Of a stretch of 64,000 nt of DNA, positions 27,291 to 41,816 are shown piece after piece (the stretch's first letter is position 1; every line of letters begins with the position of its first letter). The DNA is from Octopus vulgaris. Taxonomy: Eukaryota. A model generated the notes under the pieces. It was given only the letters and a program-made list of their open reading frames with translations. It did not search any database and was not told the origin of the DNA. Location: positions 53,134,001 through 53,198,000 of the forward strand of contig OX597828.1 in NCBI GenBank assembly GCA_951406725.2. The letters are read 5' to 3'. The position numbers and the translations under genes are program-made.

Positions 27291-27507
27291 TGAGGTGATA
27301 AGGAAAAGTTCTTGGCTTCAAGGGCATCGTAGACGGTCGTTTTAGAGGCCCAAAGTTCTGAGTTCTTTTACAGGGCTTAGAAAAACTGGTAGACCACTGG
27401 AATAAGTGTGTGAACCTGAAGGGAGAATATGTTGAATAAAATCATAATTAACCGATCCTCCTGCATTTTCTGTTACCCCAAACCAATAACTTTTCGACTC
27501 CCCTTTG
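27291..27507 (+). mobile_element. Internally deleted mariner (MITE-like)
   Basis: Degenerate TIRs (gaaaagttcttgg / ccaataacttttc) and transposase C-terminus [21 protein letters not shown]. Confidence 0.7.
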
Positions 27508-27531
27508 TGTATATACATGCACACATACAGA

Positions 27532-27701
<170 letters not shown>

Positions 27702-27765
27702 CATATATATGTTTATATGTATATATTCATATACATATATTTCTAAACACACTCACATGTATATA

Positions 27766-27797
<32 letters not shown>

Positions 27798-27821
27798 CAT
27801 ATACACACACACTTATGTATG

Positions 27822-27919
<98 letters not shown>

Positions 27920-28023
27920 CACGCAAAGACACATCAAAAAGTGCTTAGATATATATTTTTAAATTTTAACCAAAAAACTCCAATCTTGCGCCGATTCGCA
28001 GTGAAATCCTGACAGATATTTTT

Positions 28024-28061
<38 letters not shown>

Positions 28062-28127
28062 AAAAATACACACGCATAAATAAATGAATAAACTACACAT
28101 TTACTTACATACATATTTATGTACGAA

Positions 28128-28512
28128 CTAGCAGTATCGCCCGGCGTTGCTCAGGTTTGTAAGGGAAATAACTATAAAGCATTTTTAGAGAGTTATAGCC
28201 AAAAAATAGCAAAAAAATGGAAAAAAAATGATGGTAAATTTTTTTTGAGAGTTAAAACAGGTGGAGTTGCGTCCCCTAGACGGTCTGTGGTTTGGGTTTC
28301 TCATTCTCGACCCCATGTCGAATTTATCGATTCTTTTCAGAACTGGGGGAACTTTTCAAAATTTTCGCTGCGTTAGTTTTGAATTATGACATTGGGCTAT
28401 GTGTGTGTCAAGTTTCATCAGAATCGGTTGAAAGCCGTGGTCAGAGTGAGGGTACGAGAAAACAGACACACAGAAACACGCACAGACAAACTGCCGTTTA
28501 TATAGAGAGAGA
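28128..28512 (-). mobile_element. Non-autonomous Helitron, complete
   Basis: Minus strand starts TC, ends CTAG, has a subterminal GC-rich hairpin about 10 nt from the end, is inserted between A and T, and has no TSD. Confidence 0.8.
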
Positions 28513-28710
28513 TGTGTATGTACGTAGTAGGAGAATTAGACACAAAAAGGGCCTTCGTAAGCAAGTGTATACACATCTATTGCCATATAACGACACACTT
28601 CCACACACTCACACACACTCACACAAACAAAGACACACTCATGCACACATACACACAGAAACACACACGCAAGCACAAACATATATATATATATATACAC
28701 ATATGCAGAA

Positions 28711-28761
<51 letters not shown>

Positions 28762-29348
28762 TACACACACACATATATATATTTATATACACACACACAC
28801 ACACTCTCAAGCAACACTGTAACTACACACGCACATAACTATAGCCACTCACCATCACACACTCACAGAATCAGGGCTACACTCACACACATACACATAC
28901 ATATACACAATACAACACACACAACAGACATACACACACGCACAAACACACACACACACACGCACACACGTTAATACACTCGGTCACACATACACATACA
29001 CACTCACACACACGCACACGCACACAAAAGCCGCCAGTCTCTTTCGCAGTTGAACGCTTACAAGAAGAGATCAGGTCGGAAAAGTCAGCGTATGTGGCGA
29101 GTATTCTTGTAATCAATAAAACCATTAAGTTAATTCCATTCTCTTCTGGGAGATCTTTGCATTCTTATTCCACCACCACCACCACCACCGCCAGTACCGC
29201 CGCCGCCACCTTCTACAACCATCTCCACACTCTTCCATTCTCTTTGCAAAACCTAACAATCTCTCTCTAGATTTCGCTCTCTCCATGTTTCCGTCAGTCA
29301 CTTTCTAACGCCCTCTCTTCATCTCTTTCATTATATATATATATATAT

Positions 29349-29395
<47 letters not shown>

Positions 29396-29755
29396 TATAC
29401 ACTCATATACGCAGCTGTCTAATTTTTCTGTTGTTCCTAGCAAGGAATGGAAAAGCAAGCTTGCTCGCTTTCGCTGTTCACTAGTCGCGACTGACAGCTT
29501 GTCTATATTAATACTCAGTTACAAATTCACACACGCGCGCGCATGCCCCTTCTCCCTCCCACACACACATACGTACATACACACACACAGATAAATCAAA
29601 CACATGTATACGCATAGGCCTACAGATACCTATGAATATATATATATATACATTCATGCATGCAGTTTCACTCATATTTACATGCATAAATGATGCATTA
29701 GATATTTTCCTACTATATCTATCTGAGAATAACCACATTCACACACACACACGCT

Positions 29756-29813
<58 letters not shown>

Positions 29814-29894
29814 TGTGAGTGAGTGTGTGTGAGTGTGTGTCTATTTCTGTTTTTTTTTCTCCCTCTCTCTCTATCTATTTACCTATATTTATAG

Positions 29895-30063
<169 letters not shown>

Positions 30064-30112
30064 CATTATTATTATTATTATCATCATCATCATTATAGTA
30101 ATTATAATAGTA

Positions 30113-30151
<39 letters not shown>

Positions 30152-30340
30152 ACATACCAATAAATATATATATTCACACATGTATATATGTGTGTATATA
30201 TATTTATATATATTTATACATATATATATATACATATATATGTATATATACATATATGTACGTATATATATACATACATTCATATATATATATATATATA
30301 TATATATTATACGTATGTATATATATATATATATATACAT

Positions 30341-30399
<59 letters not shown>

Positions 30400-30739
30400 G
30401 TACATACATACAGTAACTAAAGTTCCTACTTGATGGGAAACCAAAGACCCTGGAAAAGTAAAATGAAATAAAAAAAGAAATTTTCATTCCCTTCTTTTTT
30501 TCTTTTTTCTTCACTATATCATATTTATTGCGCATAATTCAAAATTTCGTAGAACACACTAAAACAAATTAAAATCGCGCTTAAGGTTGAAAAAATCCGA
30601 TAGAACTCCCAATATTTCAGAATTTTAAATAATTCCATTCAAGGAAAAAGAGTTTCGATAACACCTGATATATTTTTCATTGTTTTTCCTGGATGACTTC
30701 TGTTTTACTTTGACAATGGTGGCTCATCTGTTGAGACTT

Positions 30740-30842
30740 ATTATTGTTATTGGTGTTGTTGTTGTTGCTATTGTTGTTGTTATTATTACTATTATTATTA
30801 TTATTATTACTATTACTATTATTATTATTGTTATTATTATTA

Positions 30843-30882
<40 letters not shown>

Positions 30883-30902
30883 TACTATTATTATTATTAT
30901 TA

Positions 30903-30942
<40 letters not shown>

Positions 30943-30962
30943 TACTATTATTATTATTATTA

Positions 30963-31034
<72 letters not shown>

Positions 31035-31076
31035 CTATTACTATTATTATTATTATTATTGTTATTATTATTATCA

Positions 31077-31107
<31 letters not shown>

Positions 31108-31187
31108 TACTATTATTATTATTATTATTGTTATTATTATTATCATTATTATTATTATTATTACTATTACTATTATTATTATTATTA

Positions 31188-31250
<63 letters not shown>

Positions 31251-31257
31251 CTATTAC

Positions 31258-31302
<45 letters not shown>

Positions 31303-31347
31303 TATTATTATTATTATTATTGTTATTATTATTATCATTATTATTAT

Positions 31348-31388
<41 letters not shown>

Positions 31389-31420
31389 TCATCATCATCA
31401 TCATCATCATCATTATTATT
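30740..31420. repeat. (ATT)n microsatellite with periodic variants
   Basis: Seen directly. Confidence 0.95.
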
Positions 31421-31533
31421 AGTATTGTTGTTGTTTTTGATGCTGCTGTTGTTAATATATAAATTATTATTATTTTTTTTATTTGTTCCTTCTATAACTG
31501 AGGTAATCCATTTATTTACATTCTGTGTGTGTG

Positions 31534-31584
<51 letters not shown>

Positions 31585-31589
31585 ACACG

Positions 31590-31880
31590 TGCAGTAGTGG
31601 CCGTGTGATAAGAAGCTTGCTTGCCATCCACATGGTTCCGGGTTCATACCGACTGCGTTTGCACCTTGGGCACCTTCTGCTATAGCCTCGGACTAACCAA
31701 AGCCTTTCGAGTGGATTTGGTTGACGGAAACTGAAAGAAGCCTGTCGTATATATATATATGATATGGTTGTGTGCCTGTGTTTGTCCCCCAAACATCATT
31801 TGACATCCGATGTATGTGTTTACGTCCCCCTAACTTCGGCAAAAGTGACCGATAGAATAAGTACTAAGCTTACAAAGAAT
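31590..31880 (+). mobile_element. SINE family A
   Basis: Head and body match. Confidence 0.8.
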
Positions 31881-32046
31881 ATATATATATACACATAGAT
31901 ATGTATGTAGTAAGCCATACTATTTATTTACCTCCAAGGCGGAAGATTCTTTGTAACCCTAGTAAGCCTAGGGGGGACAAACACAGACACACATATATAT
32001 ATATATATATATACTTTATTTTAAGCAGCAGAAAATTCAACAAAAT

Positions 32047-32084
32047 CTGTTACTCTGAGTTTCTCGTTGCCGTTCATCAGACAG
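32047..32084 (-). ncRNA. Minimal type-I hammerhead ribozyme (inverted copy)
   Basis: Exact reverse complement of 32101-32138. Confidence 0.8.
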
Positions 32085-32100
32085 TTGTTGCTAGCAAAAA

Positions 32101-32138
32101 CTGTCTGATGAACGGCAACGAGAAACTCAGAGTAACAG
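32101..32138 (+). ncRNA. Minimal type-I hammerhead ribozyme
   Basis: CUGU-CUGAUGA-A-CG-GCAA-CG-A-GAA-ACUC-A-GAGU-A-ACAG: intact core, stem I CUGU/ACAG, short stem II, self-complementary stem III, GUA cleavage triplet. Confidence 0.8.
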
Positions 32139-32223
32139 ATTTTGTTGAATTTTCTGCTGCTTAAAATAAAGCATATTACTCTACCACTGGTATTTGAGTA
32201 CTCTTTTTTCCACCTTGTTTCAC

Positions 32224-32260
<37 letters not shown>

Positions 32261-34078
32261 TACGACAGGCTTCTTACATTTTCTGCCTGCCAAAACCACC
32301 CACAAGTCTTTGATCTGCCCCAAAGATACTTGCCTAATGTACCATGTAGTGGTACTGAACCCAGAATCATATGGATTGGAGCAATCTTGTTACCACACAG
32401 CCATGCCTGCACCTACATATGTACGAATGCTTTGTGTGTTACGTATCTATATGCATGCATGCATGCATGTATGTATGTACGAACATGTGTGTATGTATGT
32501 ATGTATGTATGTATGTATGTATGTATGTATGCATGTGTGTATATTATGCATGCATCTCCCTGTATTCTAAGCTTTCATCGTGTTATCAGCAGCGAAACTG
32601 TATAAACGAAGACGAAAACAACCGATTTTCAAAACATATATAGTAACTGCCATGATTCCCATTGGAGGAGACCTATGATGAAGACCGGGACCACCTTTCT
32701 GCTTTCATCATAGCTCTCCATGACCTGCTTGTAAAGCATATACTAGCATATTTAATCCCTTTGTTTGGTCAGCTTATCTCTGATCAAGCAGACAAAAGAG
32801 CAATGGTTGGCTATATTTTTCTTTCTTTAGCAATTTCTAAAAAAGAGGAAGACCGTACATATAAAATTGAAATATTTATAATGTTGTGTATTAAAAATAT
32901 CCTTTGCTTTAGAAAACCCATCTACGCTTATCGGCTATCAGACACGATTTTACATCTAAAATCGATCGCATTATCGAAGATAAATCCCAAAATCAGTGAA
33001 TGTGCGCAGAATTTATATAAGTGTTATGAAAGAAAATGGAGTAAGTAACACGTCGCATTGCATAATACCACAATTGTTTCATAACCACTTTAGCGGAAGA
33101 CCACTGCTGAAATATTATATAATATATAAAATAGTACATCGCTACATCCCTATTTTCGCAAAACTGGCAAATGTTGATTCTTCAGGCATATTTACAACCG
33201 TTTTGTTATTTAAGCCTTATTTGATAGAATATATCAGAATATATCAACTCACGTTGATAATATAATTTCAGTCGTTGATGGTAAAATTTCACATTGGTGA
33301 TATAATTTCAATCGGAGTTTAGCGGAGATTGTTTGTTTTGTCAAACACATGTCTGATAATCCACATATATCCACAGGGATTTTAAAATTGTATCCAACTA
33401 GAATGGAGAAAGTAAGTTTGATTATACATAATTCTGAAGAGTTGAATTTTGATACATGTCAATGACCACTCATCAGTGAGGAGCTGCATTCATTATTGCA
33501 TAATATGGCAATATTCATGTGATCGACCGAAGATGAAACAATTGTAAATTGATGTAATAAAAGGACTCGCTGACTAAATTCTATTTTTTGGTGTTTTTAT
33601 TCGAATTCTTTGGATTTTTTGTTGCTTAGTTATGAGTTGCACAGTGATCGCCAGTTTACTGAAATTCTTTTTAATTTCGATATTAGAAGCAGTACGTAAA
33701 CTATGATGTCTGTGTGCACGAGCTCTGTTCAAAATGAACTTCGATGTAGGATGTTGCATCCGACGCAATGCCATCTTATTACCATATTAATATATTTAGT
33801 TCGCCATCATCCTGTTTATCATTCTTGCTTAATCTGTAGGGATGATGGGCGTAAATTTGGTTGCTAGAAATAGCAAGCAAGCCCCCAACTACTTAGTGGG
33901 TCCATGAAGAGTTGGGTCTCAAGGTGATTGTATGGTAACCTAGCTCAATACACAGTGTTTCCCTAACCATGCATACACACAAACTAATTATATATATATA
34001 TACATACACATATATTTATATATGTATATTTATATACATATATACATATACATATATACATACATATATATGTATATA

Positions 34079-34123
<45 letters not shown>

Positions 34124-34137
34124 GTATATATATATAT

Positions 34138-34336
34138 AGGCGCAAGTGTGGCTGTGTGGTAAGACAACCGATCGTCGTGAGTTTACGTCCCCGTAACTTA
34201 GTGGTTCGGCAAAAGTGTCCAATAAAATAAGTACCAGGCTTACAGAGAATAAGTCCTGGGGTTGATTTGTTCGACTATAGGCGGTGCACCAGCATGGCCG
34301 CAGTCAAATGACTGAAACAAATAAAAGAATGAAAGA

Positions 34337-34381
<45 letters not shown>

Positions 34382-34580
34382 TATGTGTGTGTGTGTGTAT
34401 GAGAGTGAGTGTGTGTGCGTGTATAAATTAATGTCTTTGTGTTTGTGTTTGCCTTCACCGAACCCGTTTGACAACCAGTGTTGGTGTGTTTACGTCCCGG
34501 TAACATAGCGGTTCGGTAAGATCGATCGATAGAATAAGTACTAGTCCATGCATTAGCCTGGCCGCAGTCAAGCAACTAAA
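34138..34580 (+). mobile_element. SINE family A, two partial copies
   Basis: Head and tail matches at 34138-34336 and 34380-34580. Confidence 0.75.
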
Positions 34581-34675
34581 ACAAATAATAGAATTATATA
34601 TATATATGTATATATATATCTTTTTTACTAATATATATATATAATTCTATTATTTGTTTTAGTCGCTTTTATCTA

Positions 34676-34752
<77 letters not shown>

Positions 34753-34761
34753 AGATAAAAG
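34570..34761. repeat. Two abutting inverted repeats around microsatellite spacers
   Basis: aagcaactaaaacaaataatagaattat / ataattctattatttgttttagtcgctt, followed by cttttatctagtaca / tgtactagataaaag. Confidence 0.8.
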
Positions 34762-34953
34762 AGAGAGCGAGAGAGAGGAAGACAGATAATGCGTGCGCAT
34801 ATGTATATTTGCAACTTTATTGTACTGGAAGGGGTAAAACAAAATGGATAAAATAGATTTTATTTAAGTGTGTATGTGCGTTCTTGCGTGTGAGTGCATG
34901 CGTTAAGACTGTGCGAGAAAGAGAGGTGGAAAAAGAGGGTGTGTGAGTGTATG

Positions 34954-35002
<49 letters not shown>

Positions 35003-35389
35003 GTATGTGAGTGTATCATGTGTGCACGTGTGTATGTGCACGTGTGTATGTGCGCGCGTGTGGGTATGTGATTAAATAACAGATATATGATAGATTTGGC
35101 TAATTAGATTAAATCCAATACATCACAATGAATTAATGTATTTTGGGAAAAGATTAGAAAAAAAGAATAAATCGTCACTTTATACATATCATTCCCACAT
35201 ATAAATATATAAATATATAAGTATATACATATGCATATATACATATATACATATATATAAACATATGTATACATTTAGACATATATTTATATATATGTAT
35301 ACATATAAACATAGTGCTTAAACATGCGTACATAATACATGTGAAACGTCACGTAAGTTCATTATTAAATATACAGTAAACTAGACACA

Positions 35390-35456
<67 letters not shown>

Positions 35457-35490
35457 TTTACACAAGTACACATATACATAAGTACATACG

Positions 35491-35531
<41 letters not shown>

Positions 35532-35791
35532 AAATACGTATATATATGTATATATACACATATATACATATGCTTACATATATTTATGTATGTATATATA
35601 CATATGTATACCTAATATATATGTGTGTGCGTGTGTGTCTGTAAATGTATATACTGAGAGGGAGAGAGAGAAAGAAAGAAAGAGAGAGTCAAAAGAAATA
35701 TTTGAGCCTTCTAAGACAAATAATTTGATAACTATATGCATACATATACGCCCATATCAATATATATTATTCCGATACATTCATCAATTTA

Positions 35792-35823
<32 letters not shown>

Positions 35824-36047
35824 AATGGAATCGATCTATAATATCAAATCACTGTGTACTCAGTTAAGGAACGAAGAAGAGGGAAGGTAAAGGGCGGAGG
35901 TTTGAAGTATCTGTCTTGAAGTCTTCGAGTCTCTTGTTAATTCTTTGTCATTCAAGACAGGAGCTTTTAATTGGCAGTCAAATGTACAGTTGCTTTCATA
36001 CTACACATACATCAGTATATATAAATGTACATACATGCATATTCGCG

Positions 36048-36078
<31 letters not shown>

Positions 36079-36101
36079 ACATGCATATATATGTATACAT
36101 G

Positions 36102-36182
<81 letters not shown>

Positions 36183-36278
36183 CGTTCGAAAATAACTTAT
36201 GATGACTGCACACCCCAAAACATGAAACATGCAAACTGATACAATAATTGACACATACATAGATACATAAATATATAT

Positions 36279-36373
<95 letters not shown>

Positions 36374-36872
36374 CATATATGTGTGTATATATGTATTCAT
36401 ATATATGTGTATATATGTATATATGTATGTATGTATGCTTGTATGTATGTATGTACACACTCCAACTCACTCACTCACTCAGACATACACTAATACAAAT
36501 AGTAATTATGGCACATATACACACTTGCTACCGGTGCAGACGCGTATATCAGTAGCGTAGAAAATGGAAAGAAATGGAAATACATTATGCTGAAGGTCAC
36601 ATGACTAGGGAAGTGCTGACTGTCAAGGAGTATAATGTATTCATTCCGACTCCATCTTACGTATACACAGTCATCAGAGTTTGAAATTATTGCCTATTCT
36701 TTTATGGGAGTGGGTGTTTAACACACACGCGTTCCCAGTTTCTTTCCCTCTCTCTCCCACTTTCTCGTTCTCATTCACACGCACACACTCACATACACGT
36801 ATACTCACTCACACACACGCACACACCCACCCACCCACACTTACACACATACTCACACTTGCACACACAATT

Positions 36873-36908
<36 letters not shown>

Positions 36909-37059
36909 GCGCTCGCACACGCACAGCCACCTGTACACTCACACATACCAAGAGTCAAGAAATTAACAGTCCACTATATTTAGGAGATTATCATTGTAGT
37001 CGTTGAAGCAACATTAATACCAGTGGGTCACGTGGTGTGTGACGTTAGCTGCGTTTCTT

Positions 37060-37560
37060 TCTTGCTCTCAAGACTGATATTAAAATATTTATGCTGTGTC
37101 GACAAATTTAGATCATCTCTAACCATTCTTCATTACTGTTATTAATGAAATTTTTGTATATCGTATTTCTCAGTCAGACATAAATTACAATTAGTGCTTT
37201 GAACCATTTATATATTGTGTGCTTCTGTTGACATATCCATCTATATATGCACTTTCCTTTGGACACTTTCCTTCGGGTGCTTTGGGAGCGACGTAGTAAA
37301 TTCTTTGCAGAAGGATCTAGAGTGAGCCCATGTGTTGTCTTTTAAGTAAACTTCGAGATAATCCGAAGACTCTTCTAGTGTTTATTTATACAGTTTCAAT
37401 GACTTCGTAGTTAATGCTTCGGAAATTACGGTTATCTCCTCTTTGATTTGTTTCAGTTCAATTTTACTGGCGAAATCTGTCATTACGAAGTGAAATGATT
37501 TTTCTTATAAAGGGAGAGCCAAGTAAACAGGTGTACATATTTTCCTGTTGCATAATCTGT
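37060..37560 (-). mobile_element. Decayed second PLE endonuclease region (different subfamily)
   Basis: Frameshifted remnants SFCKEFTTSLPKH, NGSK..CNLCLTEKY.I and CRH resemble the C-terminal GIY-YIG region of Nematis-like PLEs. Confidence 0.55.
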
Positions 37561-37802
37561 GAAGGTTTCTTCGTGGAGGAGTGTTAAATAATGAAGGATA
37601 ATGTTTTTCACGGAGGTTTTAACGTTGAACAGTAGATTAAACTAGATGATATTTCACCTCTGTATGCAAGCTTTTAGTGTTGTTTAGAGTGCGGAGTTGC
37701 ATGTTGTTATGATTTGAAGTGAGAAAGTTCTTATGCTTGTGCTCTGTATTATTAAATCCTGTCACATCAGGGCCATATAAAAAAGGTTCCACTATGAAAC
37801 AG

Positions 37803-38500
37803 GTGTGACTGTGTAGCAAGAAGCTTGCTTAAGGCGGCGAGCTGGCAGAGACGTTAGCACGCGGGGCGAAATGCTTAGAGGTATTTCGTCTGCTGTTACG
37901 TTCTGAGTTCAAATTCCGCCGAGGTCGACTTTGCCTTTCATCCTTTCGGGGTCGATAAATTAAGTACCAGTTACGCACTAGGGTCGTTGTAATCGACTTA
38001 ATCCGTTTGTCTGTCCTTGTTTGTCCCCTCTATGTTTAGCCCCTTGTGTGCAATAAAAAACAAAGCTTGCTTATCAACCACATAATTCCGGGTTCATTCC
38101 CCCTGCATTACACTTTGTGCAAGTGTCTTCTATAATCTCGGGCCAACCAAAGCCTTGTGTGTGTATTTGACAGACAGAAACTGAAAGAAGATCGTCGTGT
38201 ATATACATGTATATATATATGTATGTATATATGTGTGTGCGTGAGTGTGTCTGTGTGCGTGTGTGTGTGTGAGTGTGTGAGTGTGTGCGTGTATTTGTGT
38301 CTGTGTTCGTCCCCCACCACCGTTTGACAACCAGTTTTGGTGTGTTTACGTCTCCGTAACTTAGCAGTTCGGCACAAGAGACCAATAAAATACCTAGCTT
38401 TTAAAAAATATAAATACTGGAGTTAATTCATTCGACAAGTAATTCTTCAAGGTGATGCTCCAGCATGGCTGCAGTGTAATGACTGAAACAAATAAAAAAT
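37803..38500 (+). mobile_element. SINE family A with a nested family B SINE
   Basis: Head is split by the 37832-38062 insertion. Confidence 0.85.
37832..38062 (+). mobile_element. SINE family B (Nin/Deu-domain-like), with 11-bp TSD
   Basis: Head ggcggcgagctggcaga...gagttcaaattcc, domain gcctttcatcctttcggggtcgataaa..agtacc; TSD aagcttgctta at 37821-37831 and 38063-38073. Confidence 0.9.
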
Positions 38501-39315
38501 TAAAAAATAAACGATATGAAATCAGTTTTACAAGCGAGAAAATATACAACAACCAATGAGGCTCTCTGCGATTACGTCCTGGGAATTTTGATGTCTTACA
38601 CTGCCAAAGATTCAGTTTCTAACCAGGTCTTTTACAACGGAGAGGCATAGCAGAGTGTTCAAGCCAAAGTAACATTTAAAGAACGGTAAACATAGAATAG
38701 AAAAATATAATGGACTAAACAGAACAGGAGGAGACACGTGGAATGGAGAATCACTGAAGAAGTCACAGGATGTGTAACGAAAGATTTCCAGACATGGCAC
38801 GTAACATACGAACAATAATAAACATGAAGTGAAGAAAAAATATATAATGCGTGTGTAGAATATGTCTTATCGGATTCTACTCACTAAATCCAGATATTAA
38901 ATTGCTGAAAGAGTGCATTCAATTATGAAATGGCAACGGCTGAATTTACAGAGTAAAAAATAGATATGCCGAAAGTTGAAATATTATAGAATTAAAAAGT
39001 TTAAAACGTGAATGGGCAAAGGCATTCAAAATACCATACTTGTCGGTGAGATTTTCAATCACCTTTGTATACACACTTTCACACACAGACGCACATGCAC
39101 ATAAACACACACATGCACACACACATGCATAGTTTTCACCAACAAGGCTTGTCAGAAGGTTGACCAGGTTGAAACCGGAGGCCACTCTATGCGACATTAT
39201 ATGTGTGTATTTTTGTGTTTGTCGGTACAAATACATATATGTCTGCCTGCATACATACATACATACATACATACATACATACATACATACATACATACAT
39301 ACATACAAACATACA

Positions 39316-39349
<34 letters not shown>

Positions 39350-40153
39350 CATACATACACACACATACATACATATATGCATACATACATGTATAGATAC
39401 ATGCATGCATACATACATATATATATACATACATGCAGGCACGCATACATACATACATATATCATAAACATTGTATATCGATATATATATATCTAATATA
39501 CATAAGTATATACATACATACATATATGCATACATACATATATATCTATACACATAAGTGCATATATATATACCCATAGGTGCATACATACATACATAAC
39601 AACATACGTAGATATATGCATACACATATTGCTATTGCTCTATATCTCTTGGCATACACATGCTTATATTAATACCCTTGAGGCATACTACACATATATA
39701 TAAGAATCAGGTCTCTGTATATAAGTATTTCCAGTGCTTATGTATCGATTTTTTTTCACATGAAACACTGCCAGTTTTTGTATTGATGTGATACAGTTCA
39801 GTGAACCTAACCCAACAGATACGCTGCAAACAAAATAATGAAAATACTATTAACAAAAAATATAAATCTAAAACAATCCGGTATTTCCCGCGAGAATCAA
39901 AACTGCATCGCTGGCTCAGATTGTTGATGACATGTTGCTGATTTACCTATCTCTGTGTATTTCTGTTACAATGTACACAACCATACAAACAAACAGAAGC
40001 ATACGTACATGCATTGATACATATACAGACGCATACACAAACAGGGTTATAGTTATTTGTCAATATATATATATATATATATATATTATATTAAATGTAT
40101 TATATGTATGTATATATATATATGTATACATATATATATATACTTATATATAC

Positions 40154-40230
<77 letters not shown>

Positions 40231-40329
40231 TATATACACATATATATTTATACATATGATTGTACACATAAACATATATCTATACCTATATGTATGTATG
40301 TATCTCTCTCTCTCTCTCTCCCTCTCTCC

Positions 40330-40375
<46 letters not shown>

Positions 40376-40818
40376 CATATATACATACACATATGTATGA
40401 GTATAAATGTACATACACTCACATTCATATATATGTGTAGTATATATAATATATATTATACTATATTATATACATGTATATATACATATATGTACACTTA
40501 TATCGCTTATATAAATATGTGTGTGTATGTGCGTGCGTGTGTGTGTGCGTGTGTGTGTGTGTGTGTGTGCGTATACACGCATACATACACTGTTGATAAG
40601 ATTCTTTTTTAAGATGCAACTCAAGTTATCGCGATACAAATATCAGTAGATACAAAGAGCAGAAAGCACGTGTAGAAATGTATGTGTGTACGTGTTTGCG
40701 TGTGTTTGTTTGTGTGAATGTGAGAAAGAGAAGAAAAAAGAGGGAGAGAGAGAGGGAAGAAAGAGAAATAGCGGTGGTGGTGGTGGTGGTGGTGCATTTC
40801 ATATATGCAGAAAGCTAC

Positions 40819-40886
<68 letters not shown>

Positions 40887-41155
40887 CGATCGATTGATAG
40901 TTAGGTAAAGGTATATTCTCAAGACGCAAATGAAAACAGACTCCATATTGAACTATATTTTTGCAACGGAGTATGAGCTCAACATAAAAAGGGTGATTAT
41001 CACACACGCAGACACGCAGAAGATAAGCACATATACGCACACACATTCACATATATGCAAAAAGGCACACACAAGCTCACACACGTGTACGTACACACAC
41101 ACATGCATCTACATACACTCACACCCACATACATACATATATATATATGTATGTG

Positions 41156-41224
<69 letters not shown>

Positions 41225-41257
41225 GTATATATATACATATATATATATGTATGTATG

Positions 41258-41311
<54 letters not shown>

Positions 41312-41816
41312 TCGAGTAAAAGTACTCGCCAATGCTCGTCCACACATTATTGGCTATCTGATGTCTTCATACACTGGAAACGTTCTTGTTGCTGTATATA
41401 CATCAGGAATTCCGTAGAGCTTATATAAATAGATAACTGACACACCATCGGTTATAACCACGAGGGTTCCATTTGTCCCCCTCAAAGGAATAACCTGTCT
41501 TTGTGATTAACGTGCAAGTGGCTGAGTACCCTTTACATAGTTTTCTGGGGTTTCAGCGTGACACACAATGTGACAAGGCTGGACCCTCAAATCTCCGGCG
41601 CAACTCATCTTTGCAGATGAATTGACTCAAGCAATGAGAAATAACGTGACTTGCTGAAGTCGACAATGCGCAGACAAGAATCGATCTCACGACTTTACGA
41701 CTGTGATCCGAATACTTCAGCCACTAAACTACGTGCTTTCACATACATGTATATAGGCGAATGGTAGAAAATGGAATGAACGAAATTCTTTATTTGAAAT
41801 TACTACAGTTACTATA

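Larger units (their letters stand above)
32014..32171. repeat. 158-bp near-perfect palindrome (head-to-head pLTR-like modules)
   Basis: Centre GCT|AGC at 32092/32093; two 79-bp arms with one mismatch; lies in the (TA)n tract of a SINE. Confidence 0.95.
31940..32410 (-). mobile_element. SINE family A disrupted by the hammerhead palindrome
   Basis: ggggggacaaacacagacac...(TA)[insert](TA)tacgacaggcttc...ttaccacacagcca. Confidence 0.75.

Noticed and set aside
38754-38792. CUGAAGA...GAAA possible hammerhead
   Set aside because: Stem III is marginal and stem I does not pair.
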